NCBI RefSeq assembly: GCF_009914755.1
Contig: NC_060933.1
Direction: 5' to 3' (one strand)
Length of the DNA stretch: 64,000 nt
Source: the human T2T-CHM13v2.0 reference genome, Homo sapiens
Shown here: in pieces, positions 1 to 19,126 of the stretch
Numbering within the stretch: the first letter of the stretch is position 1
Layout of the letters: each line of letters starts with the position of its first letter
The notes under the pieces: generated by a model
The model's database searches: none
Told to the model about the DNA's origin: nothing
Seen by the model: the letters and a program-made list of their open reading frames with translations, nothing else
Translations under genes and position numbers: made by a program

Positions 1-4
1 AAGA

Positions 5-449
<445 letters not shown>

Positions 450-894
450 TCACCTCATATCTCACTTCATATATTATTTTGTGCTCCATGAAAACTAATG
501 AGATTGAACACATTTTCAAAGATTTACTGGGCATACATATTAAAAAGTTCTTGTTCAATGTTTTTGCCCATTTTTCATCTGGGTTGCCTATCTTTTCCCA
601 CAATGACTCGCAGAAGTTCTTTACATTTTCAGGAAGCATATCCTTTCTAAGTTATTTGCACTACATACATATTATGCTGGTTGGTGGCTTGTCTTTTCAC
701 CTTTTGAATAATATATTAACAAATTTCTTACTTTTAATGGAATCAACTTTATTAATTATTTTCTTTTAACTGCTGCTTTTTGTGCCTTTAGGCTTTCTAA
801 GAAAAGTCTTGCAATATTTAGGTGTTCACCCCTAAAGTGACCTGGAGTCTAACCACTCCTGCAGAATTATGTCTACTACTGCTCAGTAACTCAC

Positions 895-990
895 TTGGGT
901 GACTCTGGTTTGAGAATTCCTCCTCTGAGAACCAAGGCTCCTCTCCTTGCTCCAACTTGAAGATCACCTCTGGTTTGAAACAGCAGTACC
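895..990 (-). CDS. ZNF510: ZNF510 KRAB-B exon (96 nt): (G)[31 protein letters not shown](K)
   Basis: On the minus strand: ACAG acceptor at 991-994 and GTGAGT donor at 894-889. Phase 1/1. [15 protein letters not shown] is a KRAB-B motif. The zinc-finger exon lies beyond the window start. Confidence 0.93.
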
Positions 991-1244
991 CTGTTAATAA
1001 AACACAATCGAGGACTTAGACCAGATATATGAGATTTTAGTCTCCAAAAGTGGAAGAAAATACAGCTTTGGAAGCAGTATCCTGAAAGTGCTCCTTTGCA
1101 TTTATCACTGGGAGTTGACAACACATTCTTTCTAGTCCTCGACAGGGCATAGTTACTTTGGAATCCTGAATGAAAAGCCTAAATAATTTAAACTTTAAGT
1201 AAATTGTTCACATGTATTGGCACTTAAAAAAGAAATACCTTCTA

Positions 1245-1484
<240 letters not shown>

Positions 1485-1532
1485 TTATCAGGTTTAACTC
1501 TAAAAAGCTTAAACGAATGTAAAGGATGCCTA

Positions 1533-1912
<380 letters not shown>

Positions 1913-2046
1913 TTATATACATATACTATAAATAGATACATTACTAAAACTTTTTTTTTATTCTTATTTTTGTAGCCAAAAAATGTAAATAAACTTCCTA
2001 CAATTTGTATTCCATCCCAACAGACTACCCTGGGCATACATCATGG

Positions 2047-2404
2047 CAGGAGTCAGCAAATTATGGCCTTTGGGCCAAATCTGGCTTGCCAGTTTTTTGT
2101 GTATGTGTGGTAAAGACAGTGTCTTGCTATGTTGCCTAGGCTAATCTTGAACTCCTGGCCTCAAGTGATCCTCCCACCTTGGCCTCCAAAAGCTCTGGGA
2201 TTATAAGTGTGAGTCACTGTACCTGGCCACTTACCGCTTTTTAAATAAAGTCAGTTGGCACACAGGCACACCCAATCATGTTGCATTGTTTATGGCTGTT
2301 TTTGTGCTGAAATAGCACTGAGAAGTTCCATCAGAGACCTTATGATTGTCAAAACTGAAAATATTTATTACTTGCCTTTATAGAAAAAAATGTACCATTC
2401 TCTG
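2047..2404. mobile_element. MER58A-like hAT MITE, interrupted by a minus-strand Alu monomer (about 2110-2228)
   Basis: CAGG.GTCAGCAAA terminal sequence and MER58 internal motifs. Confidence 0.65.
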
Positions 2405-2596
2405 GACTAAATAATAGTATTAAAGAAAAGATAAAGTATAATACAACAACAAAGGAAACATTATATATATAGGGATTATGGAGATTGAAAGTAAAAGGAT
2501 GGAAAAAGATATACCATATAATCAAAACCAAAAGATAGTTGATATGACTGCATTACTATCATATACAGTAGACTTTAAGGTAAGAAAGAGGTATAA

Positions 2597-2974
<378 letters not shown>

Positions 2975-3008
2975 TCAAAATTGCTATGCACCTGGCAAAC
3001 ATAGCGTC

Positions 3009-3946
<938 letters not shown>

Positions 3947-4066
3947 ATATAAACAAAAGTTGATAGAAATGAGATATCAATCTACAATTTTAATTAGTGA
4001 TTTTAATGTAACTCTCCCAGTAACTCATAGAAAAGCAGATTAAGAAAAACCAACAGGGATATAGAA

Positions 4067-4327
4067 CAGGAGTCAGTGAACTACAGCACAAAGGTCAAAT
4101 CCAGCTCACCACTACTATTTTTTTTTTTTTTGTAAATGAAAAATACCACCACTACCAATTTTTTTTTTTTGTAAATAAAGTTTTCTTGGAACACAGCCAC
4201 ATTCATTTGTTTATGTATTATCTATGGCTGCTTAACACTACAGCTGCAGAGTTTGGTAGATGCAACAGAGACTGTATCTCTCACAAAGGCTACTATCTGA
4301 CATTTACAGAAAGTTTTCTGACCACTG
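4067..4327. mobile_element. MER58A-like hAT MITE with a perfect 8-bp TSD ATATAGAA
   Basis: TSD at 4059-4066 and 4328-4335. CAG...CTG termini. Confidence 0.8.
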
Positions 4328-4823
4328 ATATAGAAGATTGAAAAGACATAATTAACCAACCTGACTGACATATATAGGATAACCTCTGCATAACATAACT
4401 CTCTGGTTTCCTTTGCACATTAAAAAAAAAGGACAGTCTATCTCACTAAATTACAAAAAATTACAATCATACAGCGTAGCTTTAGATCTTAGCTTAGAGA
4501 TGTAGAGAGCTGATAAAAGCAACGCTAACATCCTTACAAGAACATAGCTGGGAAAACAGAAAATTAGTATCTTTTTTTCAAACTATTAGGAGAGAGAGAG
4601 ACGAGACAGGCACCTGCAGGGAGAATCAGGATGTGCTCATTTGCTTACTGGAGCAGATGCTACTCAACTCCATCTAATACAATTAGGAAGATAAAACTAG
4701 AAAAATTTAACCTGCTAAAGGCAAATGTGTACTAGTTTGAGTGTGTGAAGTCCCTGGGGGCCATACACATAGGTGGATTTTCACCTCGCTACAGGATCAA
4801 AGGGAAAATCAAAAGAGAAATGA

Positions 4824-5227
<404 letters not shown>

Positions 5228-6930
5228 CTAAGTGTGAAATTTATAGCTGTAACACCTATATTAAAAATGATCCCAAATCAGTATCCTAATTGTATACTTT
5301 AAGGAACTAAATGAGGTGGGGACCTTACTACTAACCTTACAAAATAAAAAAGACTATAATAAAGAATACAGTGAACTGTATAGCAACAAATTACATAACC
5401 AAGATGAAGTGGACAAATTCCTAGAAACACACAAACCACCAAAATGGACTCAAAAAGAAACAGAACATCCGAACAGACTGATATAAGACTGAATCAGTAA
5501 TCCAAATCCTCCCAACAAAGAAAGGCTCAAGACCAACTGTCAGTCTGTCTTTAAATGTTTGGTGAATTCTACCAAACATTTAAAGAAAAACTAACACCAA
5601 TCCTTCTCTAATTCTTCCAAAAATAGAAGATGAGTGAACATTTCCTAACTCATTCTATGAGTTACCTTGAACCAAAGCCAGATAAAAAAATCACCCAAAA
5701 ACTATGATATGTATCCCTTCTGAATATGTGTGCAGAAGTTTTCAACAAAATACTCGCAAACCAAATCTTGCAACAAATAAAAAGTACTATATACCATGAC
5801 CAAGTACAATTTATTTCCAGGAATGCAAGGTGGCTCACCATAAGAAAATAAATCAGTGTAATATATCACAATAATAAAATGAAGAAAACAAGTCACACGA
5901 TCATCTCAACTGATGCAGAAAAAGCATTTGACAAAAATATCCTTTCATGATAAAAACAAACATTTAACATGGTAGGACTAGAATAGAACTGCTGCAACAC
6001 AATAAAAAGCATTTCTGAAAAACCACAGCTAACAGAATACGCTAGGCTAAAAAACAAGAAGGTTTCTTCCAAATATCAGGAATAAGACAGGGATGCCTGC
6101 TTTCATCATTTCTATTCATTATACTGGAAGTTCTAGCTAGAGGAAATAGGTAAGACAAAAATGCATCCAAATTGGAAAGAAAAAAGTAAAACTATCTCTA
6201 TTCTCAGAGACCATGAGATTTAATACATGGAAAAGACTAAGGAAGCCACAAAAAACTATTAGAGCCAATAAATGAATTCATCAAAATTGTAGGATACAAG
6301 ATGAACACACAAGAATCATTTATCTCTCTAAATACTAGCAATGAATAATAAAAAAGAAAACAATTCCACTTACAATAGAACAAAAAATAATAAAATAGGA
6401 ATAAATTTAACCAAGAAGGTACATGACTTATACGTGAACACTAGAAAACACTGCTAGAAGAAATCAGAGGACCCAAATAAATGGAAAGACACCTTGTGTT
6501 CATGAATTGGAAGATTTAAAATTGTTAAGATGACAATACTCCCAAAAGTGATATACAGATTCAGTGAAATCTATATCAAAATCCTAATGACCTTTCTGCA
6601 GAAATGTTGAACCTACAATTTATATGAAATTGCAAGGGACCCTGAATAGTCAAAACAATCTAGAAAAAAAAGAAAAAAAATTGGAGGGATTACATTTCCT
6701 GATTTAAAAACTTATTATAAAGCAACAGTAATCAAGAGAGTGTGGTACTGGCATAAATACAGACATACAGATCCACAGAATAGCACTGAGAGCCCAGAAA
6801 TAAACCCATACATTGGCCATTTATTAGGAAAAAAATAGTTTTCAACAGATGATGCTGGGATAACTGAATCTCATCAAAATAATGAAGCTGGACTCCTACC
6901 TTATACTGTATTTTAAAATTGCCTCAAAAC

Positions 6931-7267
<337 letters not shown>

Positions 7268-8085
7268 TTAACTGCATGACTCTTAGATGAAATCAGGAGT
7301 AAACCTTTATGACCTTGGATTTGGCAATGACTTCCTGGATATGATACCAAAGAAAAAAAAATTGGACTTCATCACAATTAAACTTTTGTGCAAAGGATAC
7401 CATCAAGATAGTGAAAAGAACCTACAGAATAGGAGAAAATATTCACAAATACTACATTTAATAAATGTCTAGTAGCCAGAATACATAAAGAACTCTTATA
7501 ACTGAACAACAAAAAATGTAATCCAAAATGGGCAAAGGACTTGGATAGACATTTCTCCAAAGATGATAAACAAATAGCCAATAAGCGCATGAAAAGATGT
7601 TGAATGTCATTAATCAAGGAAATGCAAATCAAAGTTAAATGATACCACTTCACACCCACTAGGATGTCCATAATTTTAAAAAAAGGGAAAATAACAAGTG
7701 GTTTTAATGATGTGGAGAAAGTGGAACCCTAATACACTGCTGGTGGGAATGTAAAATGGTGCAGCCACTGTGGAAAACAGTTTGGCAGTTACCAAAAAAG
7801 ATAAGTCAAGAGTTACCATATGAGTCAGAAGTTCCTTTTCTAGGATTAGTCCCAAGAGAAAACAGGTGTCCAAACAAAAACTTGTACATGAATGTTAATA
7901 GCAGCACTAGTCATAACAGTCAAAAGGGAGAAACAATCCAAATGCTCATCAGTTGAATGAATAAACAATGTGGTATATCCACACAATGGAATATTATTCA
8001 GTCACAAAAAGGAATGATGTACTGATACGTACAACATGGATGAACCTTGAAAACAGTATGCTAAGTAAAAAGGATAGTCACAAAG

Positions 8086-8405
8086 GGCCAGGTGTGGCGG
8101 CTCACACCTGTAATCGCAGAACTTTGGGAAGCTGAGGTGGGCGGATCATCTGAGGTCAGGCGCTCGAGACCAGCCTGGCCAACATGGTGACACCCTGTGT
8201 CTACTAAAAAAAAAAAAAAAAATAGAAAAATTAGCCAGGCATGACGGTGGGTGCCTGTAATCCCAGCTACTTGGGAGGCTGAGGCAGGAGAACTGCTTGA
8301 ACCTGAGGGGGCGGATGTTGCAGTGAACTGAGATCGTGCCATTGCAATCCAGCCTGAGCGACAAGAGCAAAACTCTGTCTCAAAAAAAATATATATATAT
8401 ATATA
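8086..8405 (+). mobile_element. AluS with A/(TA)n tail
   Basis: TSD ATAGTCACAAAG at 8074-8085 and 8409-8420. Confidence 0.9.
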
Positions 8406-8759
8406 GAAATAGTCACAAAGATCACATATTATGTGACTTCACTTATTAGAAATGTCCAGAATAGCCAAACATATAGAAACAGAACACAGATTACTTGTTG
8501 TTTAGGGCTGAGATTGTGTATGTCAGGATGGGGGATGATAGCTAAATGATATGGAATTTCCTTTTGAAGTGATGAAAACATTCTAAAATTGATTGTGGCA
8601 ATGACTGCACAACTCTACAAATATACTAAAAACCACAAAATTGTACACTTTAAAAGTGTGAATTATATGGTATGTGAATTGTATCTCCATAAAGCTGTTA
8701 AAAATAAAGGACACTAGAATAAGTAGCACGATTTGGATTTTCTATATCCTGTTAAAGAA

Positions 8760-11100
8760 ACTGAGTTCATGAGCAAAAACCAGGCACAAGAAAAACTCCA
8801 ATGCTAGACTACCTCACAGGTATATTTTTCCAAACATTTAAGGATGAAATAACAGCAATCTTAAACTCATTCAGAGAACACAAAATGAATAACTGTTTCC
8901 AAACTCATTTTTTGAGAATATAATGTTGACGCCAAAACGTGACATGACATGACAGAAAAACTGCAAGCCAGTATCTTTCCATTAATGTAGACACAAAAAT
9001 ATTAATTGAAATATTAACAAATTGAATCCAGAAATAACTTAAAGTGATAGCACTACCTTATGTGGGAATTATCCCAGGAATGCAAGGTTGGTTAAACATT
9101 GATAAATCTATCAATATAATTCAGCTCTTTAACAGACTAAAGGAATAAAATAATATGATTATCTCACTAGAAGCAAGAATAGCCATCTGACAAAATACTC
9201 ATGCATGATTAAAAAAAAAAAAACTCAGGAAACTAAAAATAAAAAAGGGAACTTCCTTATTCTAATTAAGGACATATACAAAAAACATGTAGTTAAAATA
9301 AGACTCAATGGTGAAATACTGAGTACCCCTCAGGTGAGGTATAAGACAAGGATTTCTATTATCACCATTTGTACTAAACATTTTACTGGAAGTCCTAGCA
9401 GTAAGGCTAAAAAGAAATTAAAGATATAAAAACTGTAAAGGAAGAAGTAAAATTGTCTTTATTGCAAAAAAAATTTTGCACATTTAAAATCCAAAAGAAT
9501 CCACAGATAAGCTATTAGAATGAGTGAATTTTGTAAAATGCCTAGGTATAAGATCAATACTAAAAAAATCCATCGTATTTTAATAAACTAACAATAAACT
9601 GGAAAATGACATTTAAAATGCAGTATCATTTGTGCTATTATCAAAATAGATCAAATACCTAGGAATAAATATAATAAAAGATGTGAAAGACTTCACCTCT
9701 ACTCTGAAAAACTTTCCATCAGGATTTTCTGTGAAAATTGATAAAACTTCCATGAACATGAAAAGGACCTAAAATAGTAAATAAATTCACAAAATTTGTG
9801 ACTTACTATAAAGCAACAGTAATTATGACAGTGAAGTACTAGCAAAAAGATAAACTAATTGGACCAAAGGAAGAAAATATACAGTCTACATTAGACCCGC
9901 ATACAAGTCACTTGACTGACAAAAAACAGCTGCAATTCAGTTGACAGAAGATGGTCTTTCTAACAAATGGTGCTAGAGCAACTGGATATCCGTATGGAAA
10001 TATGAACCTTGACACTCACCTTATACCAAACACAAAAGCTAACTCTATGTAGATCAAGCTAAAATAAACAAGTATGTAGTAACAATATAGGAGAATATCT
10101 GATCTTAAGAGTAGGGAAAGAGCTTTCAAATATGATACACAAGGAACTGCCATTAAAGAAAAGACGATCTGACCTTTATTAAATGTAAAAACTTTGTTGT
10201 CAAATATATTATTTAAAAAATGAATAAGCAAGCCATGGAATCCAAGAACATCAGTAATGCACACATGGCAAAAAACATTTACTGAAAATATTGAAATAAT
10301 TCCTACTTAAAAAAAGCAAATAACCCAATTAAAACAGAGTTGAATAGGTACTTTATATATTACATAAAAAGAAATGATGTCTAAATGTCCAAAACACAAA
10401 CAATGGTGCCCAACATTAGTATTTACCATAGAAAAGCAAATTATAAATTTTGATAAGATACCACACTATACAGCCACCAAAATGGCTAAAAACAAAAAGA
10501 TTGATAATAACAAGTGTTGCTCAGAATCTGGTACAGCCAGAATGCTAGTGGGAATGTAAACTGATTTGACCACTTAGGCAAGCTACTTGCAGTATGTATT
10601 AAAACTGAACATATGTTTATTCTATGAACCAGCAATTCCATTTCTAAGTATATCCCAAAAGCAATGAGGACATACCCAAAGACACAAAAGAATATTCACA
10701 GCAGCCTTATTCCTGATAGCCTCAAACAGGAAAAACAAATGAAAAAATGCACTAAGAGGAGAATGAGGAAATAAATTATGGTCTATTCATACAATGAAAT
10801 ACAGCCCAGTGATAAAAGGGAAATATTAAGATACAGAGCAAAACATTCCCTTGAAAACTGTAAAAGAATACACTTTGTATGATTCTACTGGTATCATATT
10901 CAAAAATGAATTTATCTTTTTTCCCTAACATATGAGGTCAGAATTGTGGTTGCCCTGTAGAGGGGAGCAGTGGTGTTATCTTAATCTGGGTACTAAATTA
11001 CATGAATTTACATATGTAAAAATCCATCCAGTTACACACTTCAGAGTACACTTTACTGGTATTAAAACTGCATCTCAGTTAAAGAACTAAGTTTTTAAAA
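8760..11100 (+). mobile_element. Older L1M (MC/MD/ME-like) ORF2 and 3' fragments
   Basis: Recognisable L1 motifs, e.g. CCCAGGAATGCAAGGTTGGTT and CCAGCAATTCCA. Confidence 0.7.
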
Positions 11101-11227
11101 GGAAAAAAGAGTGCATACAAGAGAAACAAAAATTTAGCAAAATATATATAGTTGGTAATTTGGGAAGGTGGGAACATATTTATTATATTATTTCTTTGTA
11201 TCTTTCTATATTTGAACAATTTCTCAA

Positions 11228-11802
<575 letters not shown>

Positions 11803-12565
11803 TAAGGCTCTAACCTTTATCTCCCTCCCCTCTCTTATTATTCCCTAAGAGGAAGTCCAAACTGCAATAGGCAAAGATTCTTAATGGACCTTGCATGCCT
11901 TGTTTAGCCTGCTCTCAAAATGCAGTAATCTCCTGTACTGCAACAATGAAAACCTTACCCATTTTTCAGGACAAAATCCTTTTAAACTCTCCACCTCTGA
12001 TCAACAGAGCCTACACCATCGATCTCTCCTTTCTTTGACAGTCTGTCTACCTGAACGTCTGTTTCCATTACCTGAAAAACTGTATTAATAATAAAACTGA
12101 AAAACTGTATTAATAAAAGCCTGAGTTTGGCACTAAGCCGTCTACTTCCACTGAGGAAAAAGCAGAAGCAACATACTGCATTTATTTCAAGGCTGTTATG
12201 AGAAAGATTTGCACTGACACATGAAGACCAACAAAGACATTTTCCCTGACTTTGATAACTTTAGATTCCATGAGGAATCAGCCTGGTTTTAAGCTTCTCA
12301 TCAATGCAAATCTGTAAAAAAAATACTGTCTGTCTGGCTCTCTGCCATGGCTATCAGAAAGAATGAAAACTGCAGTTCCATTTTGGAAAATCTGTAACAT
12401 CAGGCGACCTCCATCTTTCCACATGCCAATTCTGCTGTGCTACTGCCCTGCTTTTCTATATATTCCTTGAATGATTTTGATCCATTTCTACATTTCCATA
12501 TTAATATGTGGACCCTTAAACACCTATGAAATCCATGATGAAAAAGGTATTAGTAATTAACTCAC

Positions 12566-12624
12566 CTGAGATATGTTCATTTTCTGCTGCTCCTGAAAGA
12601 GTGTGGAGAACCGTAAAGGATAAC
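12566..12624 (-). CDS. ZNF510: ZNF510 coding exon (59 nt): (G)YPLRFSTLFQEQQKMNISQ
   Basis: CCCAG acceptor (AG at 12626-12625) and CAG|GTGAGT donor. Phase 1 in, phase 0 out, which joins the ATG exon to KRAB-A in frame. Confidence 0.88.
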
Positions 12625-12798
12625 CTGGGGGTGAGGAAGGAGTCATGAGAGATCTGGGCAGCCTCCATCTTACCTGCCTACCAATGTCATCACACCAGCT
12701 GGGGAAAAAGGCCTCTCTACAAAAAATGTTCCTTTGACCTTTGAGAAGGGACAAGCAGCACTACAGAGAAAGCACCTCCTGAATATGTGCATCTTTAA

Positions 12799-13179
<381 letters not shown>

Positions 13180-13777
13180 TGATTTATTTAAAATGTATGT
13201 CTTCTTTGACTAACAACTTAAACAGAATTAACATTAATATTCTGTTAATATTATTTACACCAATAGAAAACACAAAACTGAAAAAAAGGAGATGCTGAAA
13301 GACTATTTTAAAATATTTTTGTTCTAACTTATAGTTTCTCAAAAGACTTTCGATAAGACACTTCTGGTGACTCACCTGTGACAGAGTGAACAGCACTGTG
13401 CTTTGCTCCAAGCTCTGTCCTGAGTGACCATGGACAAACTGTTCATCCTAGGTTCAATACTTTTTAAGGTTTTAAGAGTCAGAAATAGAAATCCTTTCCT
13501 GTATTATCATTTTTGTGATTCTACAGGTTCAGGATAGAGGCAACCTTAGTAAATTTCTAGATGCTACATGTGATGGATGTTGTGTGAGAGTGACTCAGAA
13601 TCTGGAAAGAGTGAGGCAAGAATGAAGAAAATGGGGGCTCTATGAGGAGGATTAGAGACAATTTCCTCAGCCCTGGCTGGTTATGCCTTCCTTGGAGACC
13701 ATGGAGAAAAGCCCTCCAGTAATGTGGCTTTTCCTGTGCAGTCTGACAGTCACCCACGCCTCTCAACCCCAGCTTAC

Positions 13778-13847
13778 CACCTTCTGCAAGTTGGCCCACA
13801 GTGTTCAGTGTCACACAATCTGTGATGGCTTCTGGATGTGGCGACAT
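13778..13847 (-). CDS. ZNF510: ZNF510 first coding segment MSPHPEAITDCVTLNTVGQLAEG(G); the exon probably starts at 14023 (5' UTR 13848-14023)
   Basis: ATG at 13847-13845, G|GTAAGC donor at 13777, and TTTATGTTGCAG acceptor (AG at 14025-14024). The peptide matches my recollection of the ZNF510 N-terminus. Confidence 0.85.
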
Positions 13848-14111
13848 CACCAAGTCTGGTGCTCTCTGGGCAAGGGGATGAAGAAGTGCCGCTGGTTGGG
13901 CAAATCAAGACCTGCTCCTTTCTGGGTTCTTCTGCATCTGTTTGGAAGCCCTGGTGAGGAGGTCTCTGTTCTGTCAGAGAGCAGTTCTTCGGTGGGACTC
14001 CTGTTCCTGGGGCTCCCTCCTTCCTGCAACATAAAGAGCTGCTTTGCTCCAGAGAAGCTGGGGCTGATGCCTGGGTAACAAATTTATTTTAGTTGAAACT
14101 TTCATGGAAAA

Positions 14112-14878
<767 letters not shown>

Positions 14879-15811
14879 AGAATATCAGACTGACTTCTAA
14901 AGACAGAGACAGGAGGGACAGCACAGGAGGTGGCAGGGGCCTCAGTCTAACCCAGAGGCTCTGGAGACATCCCAGAAACCCCACAACAAATACACTTGCC
15001 ACATAGTAAGATTCTGTCCACACTGACTTCACAATCATTGTCCTGGGGTTTTGGGGACAATCACTCAGTGCTGTGAAGGCTGCAATGCTGGGTTAGGTAG
15101 GTAGGCCATTACAAACAGCCTGATTCGGGGAGTAAAGTGTTTATGTATTGACATCCTAGCTCTCTCATCCTTTGTGAGCTTGGCTCTATCTTTTCACTCC
15201 TCCTTCTTCATTTTTAATGATATAAATAGGGTGGTTGTGAGAATTAAACGAAATACTACATGAAAAGAACAAAGTGTCTTCCAAATATAACGGGAATCAA
15301 CATTTACATGCTGCTTAGTAACTAGCGCTTAGCTAAATGCTTTACAGGGGATGGCTTACCTCTGAACGACACAAAGCAGTTTTTACTAATATCCTCATTT
15401 TCAAACGCTCAAGTGACAGAGCCAAAATTCACGAGGTCCTTCTAGCTCCTAGGCTCGGCCTCTCACCGCAGACCCACGGGCTGTACGCGCTTTGTGGCAG
15501 GTTCATGGTCAATACAATAAACGCGCATTCCCCTCCTGAAGCCAGCACCGCGTTTTCCGACGCCTGGCTGCATTCTGGCGCCCATACCTCGGCCCGCACC
15601 GAGCATCTTCCAACTAGGACTCAGCCCCACCTAACGCCCCCGGAGCCCGCCCCCACCGGCCCTTCTCAGGCTGAGGTCCCGGGCCGGCCGAGGCACAGGG
15701 AGCGACGGCCTGCTTTGGGGGAGTTCCCGGGACGTCGCGTTCCCGCCCCCTGGACACTAGCACATCCCTCCCTGCAGGTCCGCAATCCGCGTGGAGGCCC
15801 GGCGCTCTCAC

Positions 15812-15900
15812 CTGAGCTGCGAACCCTCTGCACCAGCAAACACTAACAGGGAGAAGCCGGAAAGTGGGGTTGACTGCACATGCGCAGACGAAAACGCGCA
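15812..15900 (-). other. ZNF510: ZNF510 first (non-coding) exon; the 5' boundary (TSS) cannot be determined from sequence
   Basis: CAG|GTGAGA donor at 15811 inside the CpG island, immediately downstream of the promoter motifs. Confidence 0.7.
15875..15886. promoter_or_regulatory. NRF1-like site TGCACATGCGCA
   Basis: 11/12 match to the TGCGCATGCGCA palindrome, within the CpG island. Confidence 0.65.
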
Positions 15901-15906
15901 TATCCG

Positions 15907-15924
15907 TTCCCAGCATGCTGCGCG
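15907..15924 (+). promoter_or_regulatory. ZNF143/Staf-binding-site-like motif TTCCCAGCATGCTGCGCG, plus a degenerate ACTACGTTTCACATGC at about 15944-15959
   Basis: Matches the TTCCCAnnATGC..GCG SBS consensus, which is common at KRAB-ZNF promoters. Confidence 0.6.
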
Positions 15925-16269
15925 GTAACCCATAACATGCAAGACTACGTTTCACATGCAGTACGGCGCCAGCTGTCAGTGTTTTTTTGTTTGTTTTTCC
16001 CCCAAGATTTATGGCGTAATAACATGGACCGTCCTGATAACTGGAGCCCGGGTTCTGTCAGAGCCCCAGAGGTTGTGGGTTAGACTTGATGACATAACAG
16101 CAAATGCAGCGTGTGGTTACAGAAAGCAAGAGCCGCGGAAGACGTTTGAAAACAATTGGGAAAATTTGTATACGGACTGGAAATTAGAATTATTAATTAA
16201 TTGTGGCAGCATTGGGATTATGTAGGTAATCTTGCTTATTCATAAAGAGATGTCTATGTAAGTATTTAG

Positions 16270-16632
<363 letters not shown>

Positions 16633-17935
16633 TAGAAATGGGAAGTATGGCAAAATGTTAAGAATATCTACTTCTAGAATATGGACATGCTTATTGACTA
16701 TGTGTTGGAAAATTTTATAATATAAAGTTGATAAAGGGAAAATTGGGACTGTAATGTTACAAGTGTGCCTTTTAACTTAGAGCTGCCACAAAAATACATA
16801 AACAGCTTTGTGAATAAAGCCGTAAAATGTAACAAATACTAGAAAATGGAAACCATTATTAACATAAAAGAATAATATTTGTGATCCTCAGTTTATCTCT
16901 GGGGGGAAAAAAAGAAAAAGCAAGTAAGCTGTTCAGCATTACATAATACCTGAAGTACACACAATCCCAACTAAGAAAACCGTTATCCACAAATTATGCA
17001 TCTCCTAGAGATGAGCTTGCTTAAATCTTATGTGGTATGCTTCTGAAATCAGGAACCAAATTAGGAACCTCTCAGCACAGTATTTTATGACACTCTTTTT
17101 AGTAACACACATACACTCACACACACACGGTTGATACTTTCTAACAGGTTATTTTATATGGCAATGATAAGTTTTGATTAGCAAGAAAAAAGATTAATGG
17201 CAACAGTAAACTAGTGCAGTATATATGAATCAAGGTATAAAATTTTACTGTTGACACTGAAAAACACTTTAATAGATACTGGAGGAAAAGACTAACATTT
17301 GTTTTTAAAAATTCTAATCATCTATGTTTTCTAAGTATATATTTTCTTTTTTTGACATTTATATATTTTGCCTGTTTTCCTAAAGGAACTATTCCAATTT
17401 TCATTCTAATAAAAACTTATGGTAATGATCAGAAAAGAATTGAAAATGCATAGCAATATCTCTATATTTACTATGTATACTATCACTAAATATTTAAAAA
17501 TTTATCCTGGTGCAGTAAAAGTTCAACTATATGAAAAAGAAAGAATGTAGTATGTATCAGCTGGCTTTTAAAGCAGTGGAAAGAGAACCTTCAGTAACCT
17601 TGTTAGGACAATGAGATAGGTGCTGGGACAAAGGACATATCCATGGCACTAACATTACAATCAATAATTTTCACAAGGATTCATTCAACAATAAGCAATT
17701 AATAATATCAAAGTTTTAAATTTTTAAATTATACATTTCTTAAGTTTTTAAGAGAAACAGGTGTTTTAAAAAGATAAACCCTTTAATTCCTTTCCAAGGA
17801 AAGTCTCGCCCTTCACATCTGTCTGAAGGCTGAGACCTTGCCTGGTGCCCAAAGAGCTGCTCTCCGCCAACTTCCAAGTTCGGCGCTGTGTGTGTAGATG
17901 CAGCACCACCGCAGCTGATAAATATTTGCAGTGAG

Positions 17936-18259
17936 GTTTGGTTTGTTTGTTTGTTTTTGAGACCGGGTCTCACTATGTCACCGAGGCTGGAGTGAAGTGG
18001 TGCGATCACGGCTTATTGCAGCCTGGACTTCCTAGGCTCAAGTGATCCTCCCACCTCAGCTTCCCAAGTAGCTAAGTTTTGGACCTCCCTCCCTCCCTTC
18101 CTCCCTCCCTCCCTCCCTTCCTCCCTCCCTTCCTTTCCCTTTTTCTTTCTCTTTCTTTGTTTTTGTCCATGTTGGTCTCAAACTCTTGGGCTCAGGCGAT
18201 CCACCCACCTTTGCCTCTCAAAGTGCTGGGACTACAGACGCGAGCCACCATGACTGGCC
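17936..18259 (-). mobile_element. AluJ with an internal CT-rich simple repeat (18083-18160)
   Basis: Alu arms separated by (CCCT/CCTT/CTTT)n. Confidence 0.75.
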
Positions 18260-18725
18260 TGCAGTGAGATATTTTGAGGCTATAAAACATCATGTTTCTC
18301 TTAAAGTATCACTCACTAATTTAGTAGTGTTTCTTCATTCACCTGTTGAAGGGCAGCTGGTGGTTTCCAGTTTTTGACAATTATGAATAACCCTGTAATG
18401 TAAGATTCACACGCAGGTTTTTGTATAAAAATAAAATTTCAATTCACTTTAAAAAATCCTTTCTTCTTTGTGTTGCCTGGTCTGTCTATTCTTTTGCAGA
18501 TATATTGTTTGGATTACTCTAATTTTATAGAAAGCCTTGAAATCTCATAATGTAAATTCTCCAATTTTTTCTTTTTAAGAATTATTTTGGCTATTCTAGT
18601 TTCTTTGCCTTTCCATGGAAATTTTAGAATCAGCCTGTTGACATCTACAAAAAGATTGCTGAGATTTGGGAGAGCTGGCATCTTAACAATATTGAGTCTC
18701 TCAATGAGTGAAATTGGTGTACTTT

Positions 18726-19032
18726 GGGTGGAGTCGTTCACACCTGTAATCCCAGCACTTTGCGAGGCTGAGGCAGGCAGATCACTTGAGGTCAAGAGTT
18801 TAAGACCAGCCTGGCCAACATGGTGAAACCCCATCTCTACTAAAAATACAAAAAATAGCCGGGCATTGTGGCACGTGCCTGTAATCTCAGCTACTCAGGA
18901 GGCTGAGGCAGGAGAATTGCTTGAACCCAGGAGGTGGAGGTTGCAGTGAGCCAAGATCGGGCCACTGTACCCTAGCCAGGGCAACAGAGCAAGACTCCAC
19001 CTCAAAAAAAAAAAAAAAGAAAAAAAAAGAAA
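18726..19032 (+). mobile_element. AluS
   Basis: Dimer with A tail. Confidence 0.88.
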
Positions 19033-19087
19033 ATGGGATATTTTACGTGAATCTTTCTTTCCTTTCAGCTGTGTTTTGTAGTTTTCA

Positions 19088-19088
<1 letters not shown>

Positions 19089-19123
<35 letters not shown>
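19089..19123. repeat. (TA)n microsatellite
   Basis: Read directly from the sequence. Confidence 0.95.

Positions 19124-19126
<3 letters not shown>

Larger units (their letters stand above)
15430..16140. promoter_or_regulatory. CpG-island promoter of ZNF510
   Basis: The only dense non-repeat CpG/GC-rich block in the window. Contains the exon-1 donor. Confidence 0.85.

Noticed and set aside
12072-12118. Short tandem duplications (also about 4108-4180, 19918-19957 and 30897-30925)
   Set aside because: Ordinary slippage duplications of 12-45 bp with no evident function.
13847-14032. 61-aa ORF taken as a stand-alone uORF from its own ATG
   Set aside because: Its ATG (14032-14030) is intronic, within the acceptor ATGTTGCAG. 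Only the spliced version from exon 1 is considered.
15337-15846. 169-aa Pro/Arg-rich plus-strand ORF
   Set aside because: Expected stop-poor frame in a GC-rich CpG island, with no recognisable domain.
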